18,475 nt of DNA from Candidatus Bathyarchaeia archaeon (GTDB lineage: Archaea; Thermoproteota; Bathyarchaeia; Bathyarchaeales; Bathycorpusculaceae), in contig JAVZLK010000032.1 in the NCBI GenBank assembly GCA_038883795.1, forward strand, positions 1 through 18,475, in the 5' to 3' direction. A program made the translations under genes and the position numbers. Below are positions 16,644-18,475 of this stretch, in pieces. Numbering within the stretch: position 1 is the stretch's first letter; every line of letters starts with the position of its first letter. The notes beneath the pieces were generated by a model. It saw only the letters and a list, made by a program, of their open reading frames with translations. It was not told the DNA's origin and searched no databases.

Positions 16644-17807
16644 TTAGGGGATTTGGGGTTTTGTTTCTTCCTTTTTCTTCAGAGGAACTGTTACGATTAA
16701 AGTGGCTAGCACGAATAGTGGTAAAATTATGATTGATGGAAATTCTGGCACGACCTTCATAAGCGGATACCTGTCTTTGTTGTTCTCATCTATAACGTAT
16801 GCTGTGTCACCTATTCCATCTCCATTTGCATCAACACCAGTGTAATCGCTCCAGTAGTTTCCACCAGAAGGGTAGCCATCATCCCAAACATTAGGACTGC
16901 TGTCGCTATAAACTTGCTGGGTGTTGTTTACGAAGTTGTTATGGTAAAACTTGTTGTATGTTGCGAACTCTATATAAATGCCATACGTATTTTTTGTTAT
17001 ATTGTTTCCGGATATTATATTATTTTGAAGAGGGCTGCTTGAATAACCTTCCATACGAATGCCATACGTATTTCTTGTTATATTGTTTCCGAATATTATG
17101 TCGGAAAAGTCGAGATCAATACCACTCTTACTGTTTGCTATGATGTTCCCTGATATTGTTATACGTTGCGATCCGACATTGATGCCTGTGCCGCTTTTTG
17201 CTGTTATATTGTTTTCATATATTTTGTTGTCAAGGCAAGACCAGTAGGTGCCGCCCCCAACGACGATACCATCTCCAACATCTACTGACACTATGTTTTG
17301 AAATATTAGATTGTCATAACAATTACCCAAAAGATAGATGGCAGCCCTGTTGTATCCTGTCGCCATTATACTATTTTGGAATATTGTATTGTTTGAACAG
17401 TGACTAATCAGATAGATGCCCCACCAGTTGTTTGCTAAGCTATTTTCAAATATTTTACAGTTTGAAGAATACTCGAGATAAATGCCATAATCGCTGTCCC
17501 TTATATATGTGTTCTTGATTGTTATATTAGCTCTATTGCTGAGTCGGATTGCTCCTCCCTGAACCATGTAGCCTCCGCCGTCAAAAACTATGTTATCCCT
17601 CTCAATAACAATTCCTTCGTATACATTATTGGTTAACGTATAGGTAATGTTGTCGATCGTCGAAATTGGTGCGAGCGGAGGATAAATTGAACCGTCACCT
17701 TTAATGTATATGGTTGAGCCAGTTTTGGCTGATTGAATGTTAAATGCAAACATTAACGTGCCTATTAAAAGCAGACCTAACATTACGCTAGAAATAATTT
17801 TCTTCAT
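16644..17807 (-). CDS. Cell-surface NosD/CASH parallel beta-helix protein with PEF-CTERM sorting signal
   Basis: Start placed at MKKIISS (17807) by alignment with the paralogs MKRIVSE and MNKAISG. Has WDDGYPSGGNYWSDY, DGIGDTAYVID and VPEF + TM + basic tail. Confidence 0.92.
   Translation of the reverse strand: MKKIISSVMLGLLLIGTLMFAFNIQSAKTGSTIYIKGDGSIYPPLAPISTIDNITYTLTNNVYEGIVIERDNIVFDGGGYMVQGGAIRLSNRANITIKNTYIRDSDYGIYLEYSSNCKIFENSLANNWWGIYLISHCSNNTIFQNSIMATGYNRAAIYLLGNCYDNLIFQNIVSVDVGDGIVVGGGTYWSCLDNKIYENNITAKSGTGINVGSQRITISGNIIANSKSGIDLDFSDIIFGNNITRNTYGIRMEGYSSSPLQNNIISGNNITKNTYGIYIEFATYNKFYHNNFVNNTQQVYSDSSPNVWDDGYPSGGNYWSDYTGVDANGDGIGDTAYVIDENNKDRYPLMKVVPEFPSIIILPLFVLATLIVTVPLKKKEETKPQIP
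16977..17099 (-). repeat. Internal 42-nt duplication (2 mismatches, 81-nt period) in beta-helix turns
   Basis: 16977-17018 versus 17058-17099, encoding GNNITKNTYGI and GNNITRNTYGI. Confidence 0.85.
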
Positions 17808-18030
17808 TTTCCTTTCTTCTTCACTCATACAATCACGCATTTTACTATGTTCATTTTTGTTTTAAAATTTTCGCACACAACTAAGAAATATGCTCTATTT
17901 TAGAGATTTACTCATTATTTTTGTTTTATCCATCGTATTCCATCTCCGTCTATTATCGTATCTCCTTGCAATGTTGCTTTCTCCGTTATGCCTTCTCCGT
18001 TAGCATAGAGAGTATCATGTTCCTCCAATC

Positions 18031-18054
18031 TTCCGTTAGTCGCTGTTAATGGAA
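18031..18054. promoter_or_regulatory. 9-6-9 palindrome copy 5, with the same spacer as the IS110 target
   Basis: TTCCGTTAG-TCGCTG-TTAATGGAA, immediately upstream of the TATA-like TTTTAAAA (18057-18064). Confidence 0.6.
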
Positions 18055-18145
18055 CGTTTTAAAATTAATGTTATTTTTCTTATTATTTTTGGCCTTTTTG
18101 CCTGTTCGCTGAAGTTGTGTATTTTTCTTCTGAGGGGTAGGGTGT

Positions 18146-18475
18146 ATGTGGATTAAAGAAAGAATCATGGTCAAACCGCTGGTAATAGTGTTTGCAGTCG
18201 CTGCGCTTACACTTACGCTGGTTGCCTTTGCTCTCTTGCAGTCTTCTGTCCGCATTGGTGGTCGTGGCGCTGTTAAGGTTGTTGGTGTTGGAGTTTTCTG
18301 GGACAGCAACTGCACTAATCCAGTTTCGTTTATTGATTGGGGGATGGTTGAGCCAGGCTCAATGAACAACATCACCGTTTATGTGAGGAATGAGGGAAAC
18401 GTGGCTGCAAGCCTTTCTTTGGCTACTGAAAACTGGAATCCCACAAATGCTTCAGACTACCTAAGTCTCAGCTGG
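18146..18475 (+). CDS. Secreted or membrane-anchored beta-rich (Ig-like) protein, partial (runs off the window end)
   Basis: Not in the ORF track. GAGGGG RBS, then MWIKERIMVKPLVIVFAVAALTLTLVAFALLQSSVRIGGRGAVKVVGVGVFWDSNCTNPVSFIDWGMVEPGSMNNITVYVRNEGN..., open to the end of the window. Confidence 0.85.
   Translation, partial: MWIKERIMVKPLVIVFAVAALTLTLVAFALLQSSVRIGGRGAVKVVGVGVFWDSNCTNPVSFIDWGMVEPGSMNNITVYVRNEGNVAASLSLATENWNPTNASDYLSLSW

Noticed and set aside
10042-17807. Nitrous-oxide reductase (nos) cluster or PQQ-dependent dehydrogenase
   Set aside because: The NosD and PQQ-like repeats here are structural folds in sorted surface proteins; nosZ and the other pathway genes are absent.
8548-18054. 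Integron attC array, suggested by GTTAG/CTAAC cores and IS1111-attC precedent
   Set aside because: The arm order is the reverse of attC (RYYYAAC...GTTRRRY), the sites are only 24 bp, the genes face both directions with their own promoters, and no integron integrase is present.
18046-18375. 109-aa minus-strand ORF and the other short ORFs nested in the transposase and surface-protein genes
   Set aside because: Antisense or off-frame shadows of well-supported CDSs.

Overview
Archaeal accessory region, probably Bathyarchaeia (inferred from TATA-like promoters, GTGA-coupled genes and NosD-type beta-helix surface proteins ending in PEF-CTERM). From the left it holds an ABC permease/ATPase pair, a broken PabI-family restriction glycosylase, a decayed gene cluster fused to the GNAT half of a COG2401-type gene, and a TPR-like protein followed by an unannotated 52-aa C3HC4 RING protein. 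Next come two zinc-ribbon proteins, an intact IS110-family element, a membrane-anchored winged-helix regulator, three PEF-CTERM surface proteins, a DUF4760-like protein and a partial secreted protein. The main finding is a palindrome (TTCYGTTAG-N6-YTAACAGAA) that recurs in five intergenic positions. The IS110 sits inside one copy, and its 5' non-coding end carries short matches to both that target and its own circle junction, as expected for a bridge/seek RNA. All protein family calls come from motif recognition; no searches were run.
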